A stretch of 64,000 bases of DNA from Marsupella aquatica (Eukaryota; Plantae; Marchantiophyta): assembly GCA_973895155.1 (NCBI GenBank), contig OZ316897.1, forward strand, positions 16,908,058 through 16,972,057. The letters run 5' to 3'. The notes under the pieces were generated by a model. That model saw only the letters and a list, made by a program, of their open reading frames with translations. It ran no database searches and was not told the DNA's origin. This document shows positions 26,895-40,190 of the stretch, piece by piece (within the stretch, counting starts at the first letter, position 1; each line of letters opens with the position of its first letter). Both the position numbers and the translations under genes were made by a program.

Positions 26895-29800
26895 AACGTG
26901 AAGGGTCTAGGGAGAGTGATATTACCAAATCTTCTTTCTGTTATAGCATAGTTGTCAGACCTTTGTTGATACAGATTTCTCAAGAGTGAACAGTACAGGC
27001 AGGAACTTTCTTAATATTGAAGTCACACAAATAGCTTGATACAAAGCCATCAGCTTACTTATTCTTTACATGTCCTTAGTTTACGTGCATATATCAGCAG
27101 CCAACTAATGCAACAGTTCCAACCATGAAGAAATAAATAAATTCTGCTGAAATCTAGATGGAAATCAGTTGGCAAGAACATGATCAAACCTGCCCGCCCC
27201 AACCCTCAAAAAAGTGTCAAATCATATTCAGCTCTCAAAGTGGTGTAGACTGCAGCTACCTAATGAGGCAAGGGCATAGAAGGGTTGTGGCATCACATAG
27301 AGATTCACAAAACAAAATTATTCTGTCAAAATCAACAATCTTCAAACTAAGATACCATCATTTGGATCTAGATAGATCCAACTTGTCAGTTTTATTGGTA
27401 CGAATACCCTGTTCACCATAATTAATGTTACTCGCAACCATTCAGGAGAGCCAATTTTCCAGGTTTATTTGAAAAATAGAGTGAAAAAACTATTAAAAAA
27501 AAGCCACAATAAATAGTGTTACTTTGGACTCAAAATAATCCAATTTTTTTATTAAGAATCTAAACAAGAATGGAAACTAAGTTTTCAACGCTAATTGTTG
27601 CATAGCACACTAATTAAGGTGAACACTGATTATGGAGAAGTGTAACTGACCTTGAGCACGCTGGATTGGATCAATGTTTAAATGTTGAGTGCGTCAATTC
27701 TCAAGATATACGGAAGTGCACTGTCAGAAACTTTGACGTCTTACAAATGCCAGCTTACAAAGCAGGATCAAAGTTTTGTGGCTAACCGCAGACTAACTTT
27801 TGGGGTTGCTGCTGAAGAGACACAACGTTTCATACGCTGAAGAGAAGCACCAAAAGTTGTTCGATTGAATGTTTCCGTGACGAAAGTTGATGCTTGTATT
27901 TCAGGGAATACTTAATAAATGCTGTGGCCTAAACGCAATGCGCAGAACCCGACTCGAGACCCTGGTATGATACCGAAGCATTGTACTCCAAGTGCGACGG
28001 AGTACCCTACGTACGAAGCATGGATCATAGGAACCAAAGGGCACCAACACAGATGTCTCATGACACTGACCTTTACTCAAATGAACAAAGCCAAATGACA
28101 CGATTCAGAGACAACGGCGACAGAAATGATTATCTTGCACGATGGAGTGACACCCATCAGGGTTCCAGGAAAAATCACTTGGCTTATGGCCGCAATGCAA
28201 TTCCTCGTGCGAATGCCGGAAATTATGGTCAGATCTTCGATGCTGGCCGGTGCCCTGATCAAAGGCTTGCCGTGGACTCCTCTAGCTCTCGCGCCGACAG
28301 TAGGGCCCGCGGGATCACGAACAGGTGAGCTCGATCGTCAGTGCAAATGACTTTCTATACGTCGCCTCGCTGGGTTACAAGCCGTATAGGTTGATATAGT
28401 TTTTTCATCACTTTTGGTCTTTCTATCCTGTCTTGAATTTCTCTTCAGAATTGATTTGAAGTTTGAACGGCCTTTTGATCAGGGCGAAGTGCAGCAGAAA
28501 TGAGGAGAGCAATCGAGACTAAGACTGTGCAATTCAAATCTGCACGTAATTCATTCCATTTATGTTCGGGCAATCAATTTGAAGGTCACATGCGATGATT
28601 ATAAGTACTAGTGAGTATGGTGTCTATGTGCCATGACTTGATCTTCGATGAGCACTTGCTGAAGATGCAGAAACAGAAATCGAATTTTGACATTAAGAAA
28701 GTGGTGGTTGACAGGTCCATGTCTGGAGAGGGATAAGGTACCACATTAATTCTTGATTTTTTGGAACTTGCAGAAAACATTGTAACGCCAGTGTGGAGTA
28801 CCGTAGCTCGGACTCACATAGTACTTGCTGTAATCCAAGCAAACTCGACGGTGGACAAAACCATCATGATGGTGTGAACCAGTTTGGAGTACCATGGCAT
28901 GGATGGCAGAGTCCATGTAGCATTGGAGGTTCGTAACTTTCAACAAATAGTCAAATATAATGCATAATCTCTGCCTAGTGTTGATACTTGTCTATAAATG
29001 TTTCTAATGGAACACCCAGCTTTACGCACAATTAACGGAAAACTCAAAAGAAACCGACGGTCTTCGTTTAATACCTACTAGGATTCGGTAGAGAAATTGG
29101 TCCCAACCTTCGTCACGATCAGGACAAGATCTAACCGTATACAGATATTGGTACCTTCTCGCAAGGCGGGTATGACGAAATGGACTGAATTTGTACAGTT
29201 GCTTTGTCACACGAGGCCTCAATTCAGACAATCTGGTCACTAGTCTCGCCACAGAGGGTAACGACTTCAGAAATTCTACACCTCACTGTTTGAAGAGGAG
29301 AAGCAATTAATCGCAACTGACAAGAGTTTGAATCCATCATTCAAGGGACTCGGTGTAATCTTCTTCCCACAAAGAATGCCACGCTTAAGAAACTGCGAGT
29401 TGCGATCAGTTCATGCCATAAATTTCTCGATGGATATGATAGAATTGTCAAGTATTATTTATTTTCAACTGATGACCTTCAAACTCTATATTTCAGTGTA
29501 GGTATGCATAATATAATAGATCCATATGCATGCTAAACAAACCTTGCCCGAGTTCGCACTAAATTGTAGATCGAGTACTCCTGAACTTGTTATCGCAAAA
29601 CACGACTTTAGAACTAACATCCTTGCCATGTCGGTGGCTGATTGATTTTCGCTAGATCCGCGGGATCCTGCTTATCCATCACATCAGCTGGATCAGCGTT
29701 GTTTTGGACCTTACAACTACGTGCTTCCTGCCGGAGCACGTCATCCTGGTGTAACTCCGCTTGCTCGACCTTATGGGCTACCTCCACATTGGAGCCTCTG

Positions 29801-31544
29801 CCGTAGACAACTGTGTACGGGAGAAGATCTTAGTCATACACCACCTCCCGATCATCTCGTACAGGCATGTGAGATCCCTTCTGGAGTTCACTTTGGTGAC
29901 GACGGTGGTCGTAGATTTCCTAACGACATCCACCTGACTAGCTTCCCATCCATTAACCCAGAGACTAAGGGACTACTGTAGCCCTCCAGCTAAAACCGAC
30001 TTTTATTGAGGATGATTGTCGTCGATCTGGAGTAGATGGTATGACAAGAACATATCACCTGCTTACAAGAAGTGCAGTCCATCCACGGGTTACTTTCTAG
30101 GCTCAGTATATTACTAAGTACCGTTTTGAACTATCGGATAGGTACGGCCCGGGACTGACCTTTACAATTTCGTACATACAAATGATAGGCAGATAATCCC
30201 TGAGCCCTCCTGATCCATTGGAGAAAAACCAAATACGGAAATTCCCCAAATTTTAATCCAGATTCATGTAGCCGTCCGGCACTTGAAAAGTTATTTCAGC
30301 TGAGCAAATACGCTCACTGTGACGTACTGTCAATTCTCCTGTCATAAATCATAGGGATGGCTATTTCCTTCATGTCCATCGGGCTCAGGCTAAAATTCCA
30401 CCTAAAGTTGGCGAACTATTTTTCTGAAGAGACACAACGTTTGGTTTGCGGGTCACATCTGCAATGAATACCTTCCGCTCGTTCAGTTGAAAATTCGGAG
30501 GCTCACGATTCCTGCAGTCAAGCTGCTTTGAATATTGTTACGTCTTTTCTAATATTTCTTCAAATGACAATATCTGTAGTTACCTTCAAATAAGTTACCG
30601 ATCTTTCTTCTGGCTACTTTGAGATTCTATAGACAGCTGGCTCCAACACAATAGATACATGGTGTTTGCCGAGTGAACACCCCAACTTTCACATTTGATG
30701 ACGTTAACCTGTAAGAGGAAAGTATCATTGCAATCTAATAATAAAGACTTACTGCACAGCGGGTGCATAATTAAGAACTCAAGACATCCTTGTGTGAATG
30801 CAGCTCACCACCGAATGGAACTCGAAGATGGGCAGTACTCCCGAGTTGACGACGATCGTCCTGGCAACAGGACGTGGGATCAAGATGAAGACTCGTAAGT
30901 GCCAAGTTATGTCGTTTCAAATACATAACTGCGAATCATCAATTTGCGCAACTACGTCGTCATGTTTGTAGTTGTTGGCACCATGGCATTCTTTGTTGCC
31001 ACAATAAATTGCCGCATGCTCCTCGTCAACTTATCATTCAGCATTGATGAAAACTCTGTAGTTTATTTCATCTGTATGTATATGTACTTATTAGCAGGTC
31101 CACGCTTAATCAGTCATGGAGTGATGGAATGAATTTGGAATCTTCGTGGACGTCAAAAAGTGGATATCGCCCATCAACTGCTCCGGCTAATCTGTACAAT
31201 CACTACAACCAGTCCTCTCCACATCACTGTGAGATTCCCATCCCTGTTGGTCTTTACTAAATAATTTTATTGGACCGACATTCGTTCTTCACTGGCCAGC
31301 CAGGATACCAAAGCTGTCACATCCGATTTGGCAGACGTAATTATCTCGAAGTAAGTGGAGCGTATGGAAAGGAATCCATAGGATGGTACATTAGCTGCAG
31401 GCTCTACCTGCTATAAAAGACGTTTTGTTATTTCCTATAAATTACACGTATGTCTTATAATTCAGCTAGCCCACCTTACCAGATTAATACAGCCTGGGCT
31501 CAGATCATCATTCTGGTGTTCATTTAGGAATTTCGTGGTTCTAT

Positions 31545-33053
31545 ATGTATACCCCAAAAGGCGATAATGCAATCATGGATTCAGGGGTTCGGGGATCGTC
31601 TAGATCATCGTCGCCAAGATCTTGGGGCTTAACTAATGCAGACCATAATGATGACGGTCTCATTCACTCTGAGTATACAACTTATCCTTCACATTGCCCA
31701 GAGACTTATCGTCAGCGTAGACAATGTCTCGATCGGATCCAAGGAAACAGGTATAGGCTGGGACCAGAGAGATATCGTTCAGATTTAGGTCTTTTAGGAT
31801 CTCGAAGTGCACAAGGGAGTGATATCCAGCGTGGACAAGGACTTGCTCCTGAGGGTTGGGGTTACAACAGAGGCCAGGGAACCAAAAAATATCCTCATAA
31901 CTATAGGAGATTGTCTCTAAGTCCGCGGTGTGGGGAAGACCGAACCCATCATCCTGCACCTGATCATCGTCCTTTGCTCCATCATTATTTCGTCGGCGGA
32001 TATGGAGGTCGTTCTCCCACAGCTCGACCTCAAATCTTCCGCCCGAAGCGATTTCGTCGTACAATTCCTTTGGCTGCCCCTGACCCCACTGCGAATTCCG
32101 CCGAGGATGGGGATCCTTTCTTTAGGCCTGACAGAGGAGACGTCATAATAGTGCAGCCCAATCAGAGAGGCCGCATGCCAAACCGATGCCAAGCCCGACA
32201 GCATCAAGGGTGCGTAAGATCTTACAGTGGTGAAAACGACGATTTTGTGTTCCGCAATGGGGACCTTATCGTGCGCATTGGATCCTACATCTCGAATCAG
32301 TTTGCTGGAATTTCATACTTGCCGTATGGGGTTCTTGAACTTTATAAAAGACATGACGGAGTATGGAAGTTGCTAGGAGACGCAATCAGTGGAGAAGACC
32401 TGGGTGAAAAGAGAAGAAACAGTTGTGTAGAAACGCAATATTCTGGGGGCATTGGAGTAGGCCAAACCTGTCCCGTCGAGCCTAATTATGGAGACTTCGT
32501 TATCTACCAGGATAGGATCAAATGTGGTGATGAGGCGCACACGTCGAGCTCTTCTATAATAGACTGGTGGACACCGTATTTACTCGAGAAACTGAACATG
32601 GTGTATCCCCACAACATGATTTTGTTAAGACCTTATGTGCGCAAGCAAAACTTTCTGCAGGCTCGAGAAAGCTGGTTAGGGAAGCGGGTCACCCGGGTCA
32701 ACAGAGCACAGCCAGGCAAAGTAGAACAGGGGATAGTCGTGATGATATGGCCAGAGTCCTTAATTCGGGAGGGATCCCCGTCTATTTCACACAATGGGGA
32801 AGCCCAGGTAGAGGTTTTGGGACCCGGAAGAGTCGGCGTCAGATTTCGGAATTGGAGGAGGAGGGGAATCGTAGCGTGGCCCTTGAGCGATACATTTCTG
32901 GAGTGTGAGGATCAGCCGCTCTCGAGTTATCTAAGTGTAGAGGAACAAAAACGTTTCAGGGCTGCTACTTGGGGGTCAATTGAGCTGTACATTTACTCGA
33001 AGGAGCCTCCTGCAGGATGGGTATACTGGGGGAGTTCTGAGCACACTTTCTGA
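31545..33053 (+). CDS. Uncharacterised 502-aa intronless protein
   Basis: Long uninterrupted ORF, TATA-like CTATAAAAG/CTATAAA ~110-135 bp upstream; R/G/P-rich disordered N-half and globular beta-rich C-half; no family recognised. Confidence 0.65.
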   Translation: MYTPKGDNAIMDSGVRGSSRSSSPRSWGLTNADHNDDGLIHSEYTTYPSHCPETYRQRRQCLDRIQGNRYRLGPERYRSDLGLLGSRSAQGSDIQRGQGLAPEGWGYNRGQGTKKYPHNYRRLSLSPRCGEDRTHHPAPDHRPLLHHYFVGGYGGRSPTARPQIFRPKRFRRTIPLAAPDPTANSAEDGDPFFRPDRGDVIIVQPNQRGRMPNRCQARQHQGCVRSYSGENDDFVFRNGDLIVRIGSYISNQFAGISYLPYGVLELYKRHDGVWKLLGDAISGEDLGEKRRNSCVETQYSGGIGVGQTCPVEPNYGDFVIYQDRIKCGDEAHTSSSSIIDWWTPYLLEKLNMVYPHNMILLRPYVRKQNFLQARESWLGKRVTRVNRAQPGKVEQGIVVMIWPESLIREGSPSISHNGEAQVEVLGPGRVGVRFRNWRRRGIVAWPLSDTFLECEDQPLSSYLSVEEQKRFRAATWGSIELYIYSKEPPAGWVYWGSSEHTF

Positions 33054-33695
33054 CAAATGGGACCCATAAACACCCTCTCGACTGCAATGTCGCAGAGAGG
33101 TCAGGACATCTCATGTATTCGCTCTACAAAACTGACTGCTCAACTGAATTAAATGTAAATGGCAAAGGACCCTTGTTTGCTTTGCAGAGTGGTGCAGGAA
33201 ATGTTCTCCATGTGCGAAATTTGGTAGTATGCGGCAATTGGAACCTGAGACGAATAAACATCAATTCAAGGTAGTTTGAACCTACCCTGAAGCGGTAGGT
33301 ATTATCAAATAGATACAAATTTCGTTGCAACACCATCTTTACTTTAAATCTTCCAGTTATATCTCAGCTGCCGAGGCATATGACAGTAGGTAGAAAGCTT
33401 TGAAGAGCCAACCCCTCGTTATTGAGTCCCAGTCTGAAATCCAGACAATAAAAAGTAGTACCAGATTTCAAGTGAAGAAGAGACGAAATTTTTCACACAA
33501 CTGAGGATCTTTCCAATATTAATGTATAATGTCAACCATGACAAACGGGGGGTTTTGGGTGGCACATTTACAGAGCAGGATTTTAAGTGGCACATTTCAA
33601 GTGCTCGGTCTAATGTTGACGTTTGTTCAGAGGTCAGTAGACGATGAAGCTCTGCAATGATGAAATTGGACAGCAAGGCAATTATTAAATGGCAT

Positions 33696-36600
33696 TCACG
33701 TTAGAGCAAGGTGACTCTCGTCCACAAGAGTTGCTACAGGGCCCTTAAACCACTTTCGAGCACTGAGAATCCACGAGCCACCAGCTAACACGAAAACTCC
33801 TCCAACTGCTATAGGGGTGTAATTCAATGTTTGCGAGTTAATAGGATACGAAACAGGTAAGGAGAACAGCACCGTTATCGTAACCACCCACAGAACGGCG
33901 ACCCAGCCAACAACCAGGCTGAAAGGACCAATACAAAAGGGACCTGGAACGAACGTATTTCGTGCCACAGTAATACGGAACAGGATTGGCAGAGCATATG
34001 CAATGTATAATCCAATCGTTGCAATTGACACCATGGCTTGAAATGCCACCAAACTCCCTAAAGACTGCAACAGCAAAACGAGCTTTGATGTCAGTGTCTG
34101 CCACTTCAAGGATAACAGTTTGTGAAAGTTGAGAACAAGTCCGACTGCAACAGCCACGGTAATCCCAGACTGACACTCAAAGTACACATAGTTGTCTTCT
34201 TCCCATACCTTTCGTTGAAAGTGGTCTGCTGCCATTGACCTAGTATCCACATAGGGGTGTAGATTCAGGTCTGTCTAGCAAGAGCCGTGAGTTGGATATG
34301 AATAGGTGGAATTCTTACCGTGAGAGCCATGACAAAGGCGATGACTGCAGATAGCCACACAGCGTTCAGTGGGACTTCTCTTCTATCCACCATGCGCCAG
34401 AATCTAGACAACGGCACAGCGCCATCTCTGGAGAAAGCAAAGACCAACCTGCCAGCATTGACCCATTGGTAGATTAACACAGTCCATTAAAAAGGTGTTA
34501 TAGAACTCACAATGTCCTCCTTTGATTCCTTACATCTCAAATAGTAGGATGCTACTCATGAAAGCCACTTCTGCAGGGCTAATATGAATTACCTCGCGTT
34601 ACTTGTCATTGAGCTCATGCCACAGAACCAGATTGCAACAGCCACCACACCCAGGCATGCAATGCCGCCCACTCCGCTCCCATATCTGCTGTTGAAGACA
34701 TCGTAAAACACCTGTGCTATGGCGTAACCTCCTGTGTCGTTATTTGGATCAAGTAAATGCGGGGGGTCCACAACAGCGAAGGTGATCCCCAGAATATATG
34801 CCCAACCAGCTACAATAGCGACTGTAATCGAACTCAAAATGCCGTATGCTCCATTCTTATCCGATGATATAGTTTCTTCAGACTGCACAATTTAAAAACC
34901 AAAAATAGAGGTATATTGTCTCAGTCTATAGATGGAACCTGGGCAGAACTATGTGTCAACCTAAAATTTTGAATGTTTAAAACAAGTATACAATACAAAT
35001 AAGGCAGGCCCTACCAAAGAAGCAGAAGCATCATAGCCAGTCATTGTATATTGGCCCATCAATAGACCCAACAGAAGGATGTAAGGTTGACTGTGAATTC
35101 CAGCACCGTTGTCGGTGTTGAAGGACGTGAATACAAACTTGGCACTCGGTCGTTGGGTTGCAACCGTAGGGATCAAAACCATAAGAACAAAAACACCTGG
35201 ACACGGAATTGACAAATAGTCACCCAGTAGCAGTTGCAACGAGTCGCAATAGAAAATTTGTAGTTTTCTGATCCACAGAAATATTTCTAAGGGCCAGGTT
35301 GACAACTGTAGCAACTTCAACAGATGTCCAGAACTACTCAAATCAATGGCAATGCTCTCCTCCTTCAAACTCAAGCTCGTGTTCCAAAGAAAGAAAGTTC
35401 TTGACTAGCTTGAAGACGACTTTACTAATCGTGCACGTAAAACATACCAAACATATTCCAGATTGCAGCCAGAGGTCCCAAGTATGCCAGGATGGTAATG
35501 GACAGGCTATTGATCAAAGCTTGTGAGAATAAGATTCCAGCATGGAATGCGATAACCACATATTTGGACGCATAATAACCACCTCCATTCCCCCCTCCAG
35601 TGGCTAGCAAAATAATGACTTGCAGCAAAGTTGCCAAAGAAAAGTTCACACTTGCTAGAACAGCCCACTGCATCATGACCACCCACTCTCTAATAAAAAC
35701 ATGGATGCAGAATGCAATATGATTATTGGGACTAATCTAGCACGCCTGTGGAGAAAGCAGATTGGAGCGAGGAAAAATCAATATTTTAGCTTCACCTTTC
35801 CGAAGCCACAAGAGCAAGATTTCTTTCGAGATAACTCAGTTTCACTCCTAGATACCTATTGTGACACTGATTTGAGGAAAATAAGTAATCTAATATTGTT
35901 CAATATCCAAAAAGTATCCAATGAATCTATAATTTCTGGGGGAAAGGATGACACTGTTACTTTCAGGTTTACTTCATTCTTTATTGGTCAACAAAGAAAT
36001 TTGTGGCTGCACGGACCTGTCCAATTACGTAATACCTGCAGGCACAGCATCGGGGGGAGTAATTAGAGCCAACTTCCAAATAAACTCCTACTCGCTAGAA
36101 AGAAAGAACAGCAATACAATTCCTTCGTCCTATGCCCAGTAAACGTCGTCATTTTCGGCTTTGACATGAAACGTTCGACGCAACCCTTTAGAAGGAGAAA
36201 AAGCGTATCCTATATCAAGGATGCTATAACAACACATGACAATTAGTTGGCATCAATGTGAACCTAAAATTAGACATTGGCACGGTCACAAGTTTGCCTT
36301 TACAAGTGATTGAATAGCAACAGAGGAAACGCAGCTCAGCAGCAAATACCTGATAATCCGTTCCCAATACGCATTGGTTACCTGACTATGCTAGAAGGAG
36401 AAGTGAAATGTCTTATCACACTCAAAGTAAAGAAGAGCTCCCAGAAAATTCGTTTCCTAAAAATTGTTCTTTCTCTGAATGTATCATGCAGTGGAGTAAC
36501 AAGTATTTCAAAACTACAGAGCCGAAAACCTCAGTGTACTTGCCTTCATCCACTCCATCTCAAAAAACAACCAACATTGAGCTATGTCTGCTGTCACCTC

Positions 36601-37319
36601 GCTGCTGATGGGTTCATTCTTGGTGGGTTTATATAACTCACTTACCAGCCAGTCATCCATGCCGCAATGGGTCCCCAAGTTGACCCGGCCAGCTTGAAAC
36701 TCCAGTAGTAGAGACCACCTGAAGTAGGATACGCAGAGCAAATCTCGGCCATGGAGAGCCCGACCAAAATGTTGAACAACCCTCCTATGAGCCACCCATA
36801 GATAATTGATATCGTTCCCCCATATGTGAGCCCCGTGTTGTAAAGAGTCGTAATACCGGTCAATACCGAGATAATTGCAAAGGAGAAGGCAAAGTTGGAA
36901 ATTAACCTGAAACACGGACAAAAATAATTCAGTCAATCCAATGTTCCAAAACCAGACCTTCCTATAGCTACACGAGTGAGGATGATGACTGATTCTAATC
37001 CCAAACAAATGGATTGAGCCTCCAAAAATCTATACAGATCTCATAAACATATGCAACATCGCGATGTTTGGACAGGCAACAAATTCAAAAGAGCTGGCTA
37101 GGTGACGTGCTGACTGCTTGCAGAGGATGAGCAAACAGACAATTCCAGAAAAACTTACGTCAGATTACGCTTCAGCTCTTGCTTGTAGCCAAGCGCTTCC
37201 AGACGCGCCTGGCCTGTGTCCTTGGCCTTCTCGTCCAAATCCATGATCAATCTCTCACTCTCGGATTCAGCCTCCCTCTCCAGCTCCGGGAAGTGGTATT
37301 CGTTGCAATGCTCCTCCAT
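33696..37319 (-). CDS. BAT1: Amino-acid permease, BAT1/GABA permease (APC/ACT family), 8 coding exons
   Basis: Exons 37319-37159, 36906-36646, 36035-36017, 35667-35448, 35196-35015, 34882-34593, 34448-34319, 34064-33696 (all GT-AG, total 1632 nt, in frame); motifs LGYKQELKR, SNFAFSF, SMAEICSAYPTSGGLYYW, GYDASA, FSRDGAVP, LNYTP, SARKWFKGP. Confidence 0.95.
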
Positions 37320-37438
37320 AAAACCCACCAATTGGCTCGGCTACGGCCCGTCTGCAATCGCCTCGTAGCATGGGCACTGATCAAAAGGTAAAGAAAAATG
37401 GATGGGCGGTGCACGGTGATGATTCTCTGTGGGGTCCC

Positions 37439-37693
37439 CGGTGCTATGAATGTGAGCGAGGTCTTCACATTGACGAATTCCCGTCTACAGTACCGTAGCT
37501 TTACCCTAGCATTGGAAATGGCCAGGGAGAGAATTGAATCGGATACCTTTATAAGTCTAATGTACCTGAAGAAGCTCCTCGGTGCTTTGAATGTGAGCGA
37601 GGTCTTCGCATTGACGAATTCCCGTCTCTTGTACCGTAGCTTCGCCCCAGCATTGGAGATGGCTAGGGAGAGAATAGAATCCGATGTCTTTAC
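37439..37693. repeat. Direct duplication (~113 bp, period ~141 bp) upstream of BAT1 start
   Basis: CGGTGCT.TGAATGTGAGCGAGGTCTTC.CATTGACGAATTCCCGTCT...GGGAGAGAAT.GAATC twice. Confidence 0.85.
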
Positions 37694-39415
37694 TCTATCC
37701 CAAGAATTCGCAGACCATCAGACATGCATACTCAGAATTTCTATAGAATCTTTGAAGCTGGGGAGTGTGTAAGTATCTCTGGTGAACGGCTTTGAATCGC
37801 ATCGAATGACTTGCTGCATCAAATTGGCTTACAGAAGTGGCAGCCCTGTGCTCTGTAAGCGCCAGCAATTGTAGCAGAGCAATGTGGGCAGCCACAACAA
37901 CAGGGGGAAGGCAAAGGATACAGAGCGGAGAAAGGAAGGTCCCGCGAGCTGCAGGTGCAAAGGGTGAGGCACCAGAGGAGAGGAAAGTTGAGACCTTCAT
38001 CCCAATGCCCAACAAACTATTGGAATCAGCGCATTTTTTAAGGTTTTTTTATTTTTTTAAGGTTTTTAAGTTTTAGCCACTGTGGCGAATGTGTGGAGCT
38101 CTAAGGGAGGAGATTTTAAGAATATTCTTTGTCAGTTGTCCTGGAATATATATCCTATTGTCACATATCATTAGATTTATGGATGACCGTTAGATTCTGG
38201 CAAATAGGGTACATGATTAAGTGGGAAAGTGACTAATGGCACAAGAAAAATGTAGGGAATGTTATACTGAAAGTGGCAAACACTTTTTGGGCAGGTGAAA
38301 TTTGGCTAAAATTTGCACTTGAAAAATAAGCTGATTGGAATTTAATATAATGGTGTCCCAGACACAAATTTATTTGTGAGTTTGACCCGTTCATATATGG
38401 GTGAGTATCGACTGAGTAGAGTTAACTCAATCTTTGTTATCAAAAGTACAGGGCCTCTTACCGCCATGTGATGAGGCCCCATTGGCTTGGGCTCACCTTC
38501 CCATCTCCCCCCTTGAGTTGCTGGCCAAACCCTGCCACAGTGCCCAAAAAATAGACCCCAAATTCATCATTTTCTTGGAAAAATAAAAAGCAGTGTGTGT
38601 TTAGTCATTTTTCTTCACAAAATCAATGTTTACACTCACTGACATTTGGTGCAACCTAACTCAGGCTTGTCACCTGCTCGGCCTGCAATCTCGGCCATCA
38701 ACTGCTTCAGCACGTCATTGATTCCTAGAGCATGCGAAAGTTGAATGTAACTTACCTTTGCTTAGTTTTCAACCTTTGACGGTCTGCAAGTTACCTTCTT
38801 CTTCCACTGATATAAGTTACCTTCTTCTTCCACTGATATGTAAACTTTTGACTTTGAGTATGAAAACTTGTAGGAACCATGTGCAATCCAAATAAATATT
38901 TAATAGAAATTAGCTAAATGTTTTTAAAATCTTAGGAGGTAAAAAGAAGGTATCATAAACTCACATATATAAAATATAATTTTCTTTTTTTATGAAGTAA
39001 AATAAATAATTGATTAAAATTAATACATTATCCTTGTGATATTTTATTTATAAAATCAGACTATTTATATTAGGCTAAAACTGGGATCACACATGATACC
39101 CCAAATATATATACTAAGTTAACCACCCTAATTATTGATGAGGGGGAGGGGACACGCAGTGGCTATGGCAAAGTGGACCATTGTTGTCAAGGCATTTGTA
39201 ATATGCATTTTGCCAGCTGCTGGAGCGGCTTGTGTTAATTTTTTTGTTATGTTTCTAACTTGCTAGAGACTACTTGAGAGTTCAGTTGTGAAAGAAAAAT
39301 GACTATAAATATTGTGTTGTGAACAAAAACGACCATTTACTATCACTTTGATGAAAATGTAGCTTACCTACTCCTCTAGCACATCCTCAAAACTACACAA
39401 TATATGAATTTATGA

Positions 39416-40018
39416 TGTCGTGCGCATACACATCGCTACACAATATACATCACTTGTCACATACATCCAAACATAGTCACACTGTCACATCACAAACACA
39501 AGAGAATGGAATACAAGTGGAACTCATGTCCACACATGTCCAAAACCCACAATAATCTCAATACAATCGACACAATGATCCCGGTCAACAATACCCCATC
39601 GATCCCTCACCGATCCAATCACACACGTATGTCAAGCCAACGCACCTTGCACTACTCAAGGAATCCACGTTACACAAGCGGAGCTCACAGCCACCATAGC
39701 CACTCAAGCTCCTCTCTCTCCAAGGCTCAACATTGAAAGATGACCTTTCAATGCCTCACAAGTGAGAAGTACCCTCTCACACAAACCTGACGGAACCTTA
39801 TCGGCTCATATAGCACACACCAAACATATGGATCTAGATAGTACGATACACTCTAACACTACCTAGAATGGTGTGACAGCTGTCGTGCGCATACACATCG
39901 CTCCACAACATACATCGTTTGTCACATACATCCAAACATAGTCACACTGCCACATCACAAACACAAGAGAATGGAATACAAGTGGAACTCATGTCCACAC
40001 ATGTTCAAAACCCACAAT
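39416..40018. repeat. 3' terminal repeat block A-B-[GC]-A' of the retroelement
   Basis: 39881-40018 repeats 39416-39553; 39553-39878 repeats 53367-53702; junction GACA-GC-TGTC at 39875-39884; purine tract AGCTAGGGGG (minus strand) abuts 40019-40030. Confidence 0.9.
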
Positions 40019-40190
40019 CGCCCCCTAGCTGGGAGTAAGGTCCCTTAACTCTAGCTAGCCATGAATTCTACAAGGTTGATATACACCTTTTTAGGTGTGA
40101 AGATCAGGAGGCCGGGTGCAAGTGAGCCCCATCGATCACATACCTGCAATCCATATCTGCCAAGAGAACACAAATGATAACTAGTTGGCT

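Noticed and set aside
27901-29400. Short coding-like ORFs
   Set aside because: Interrupted by stops, with no recognisable family or consistent exon chain.
31660-32908. Antisense and alternate-frame ORFs within the 502-aa gene
   Set aside because: Most simply shadows of the long + strand ORF.
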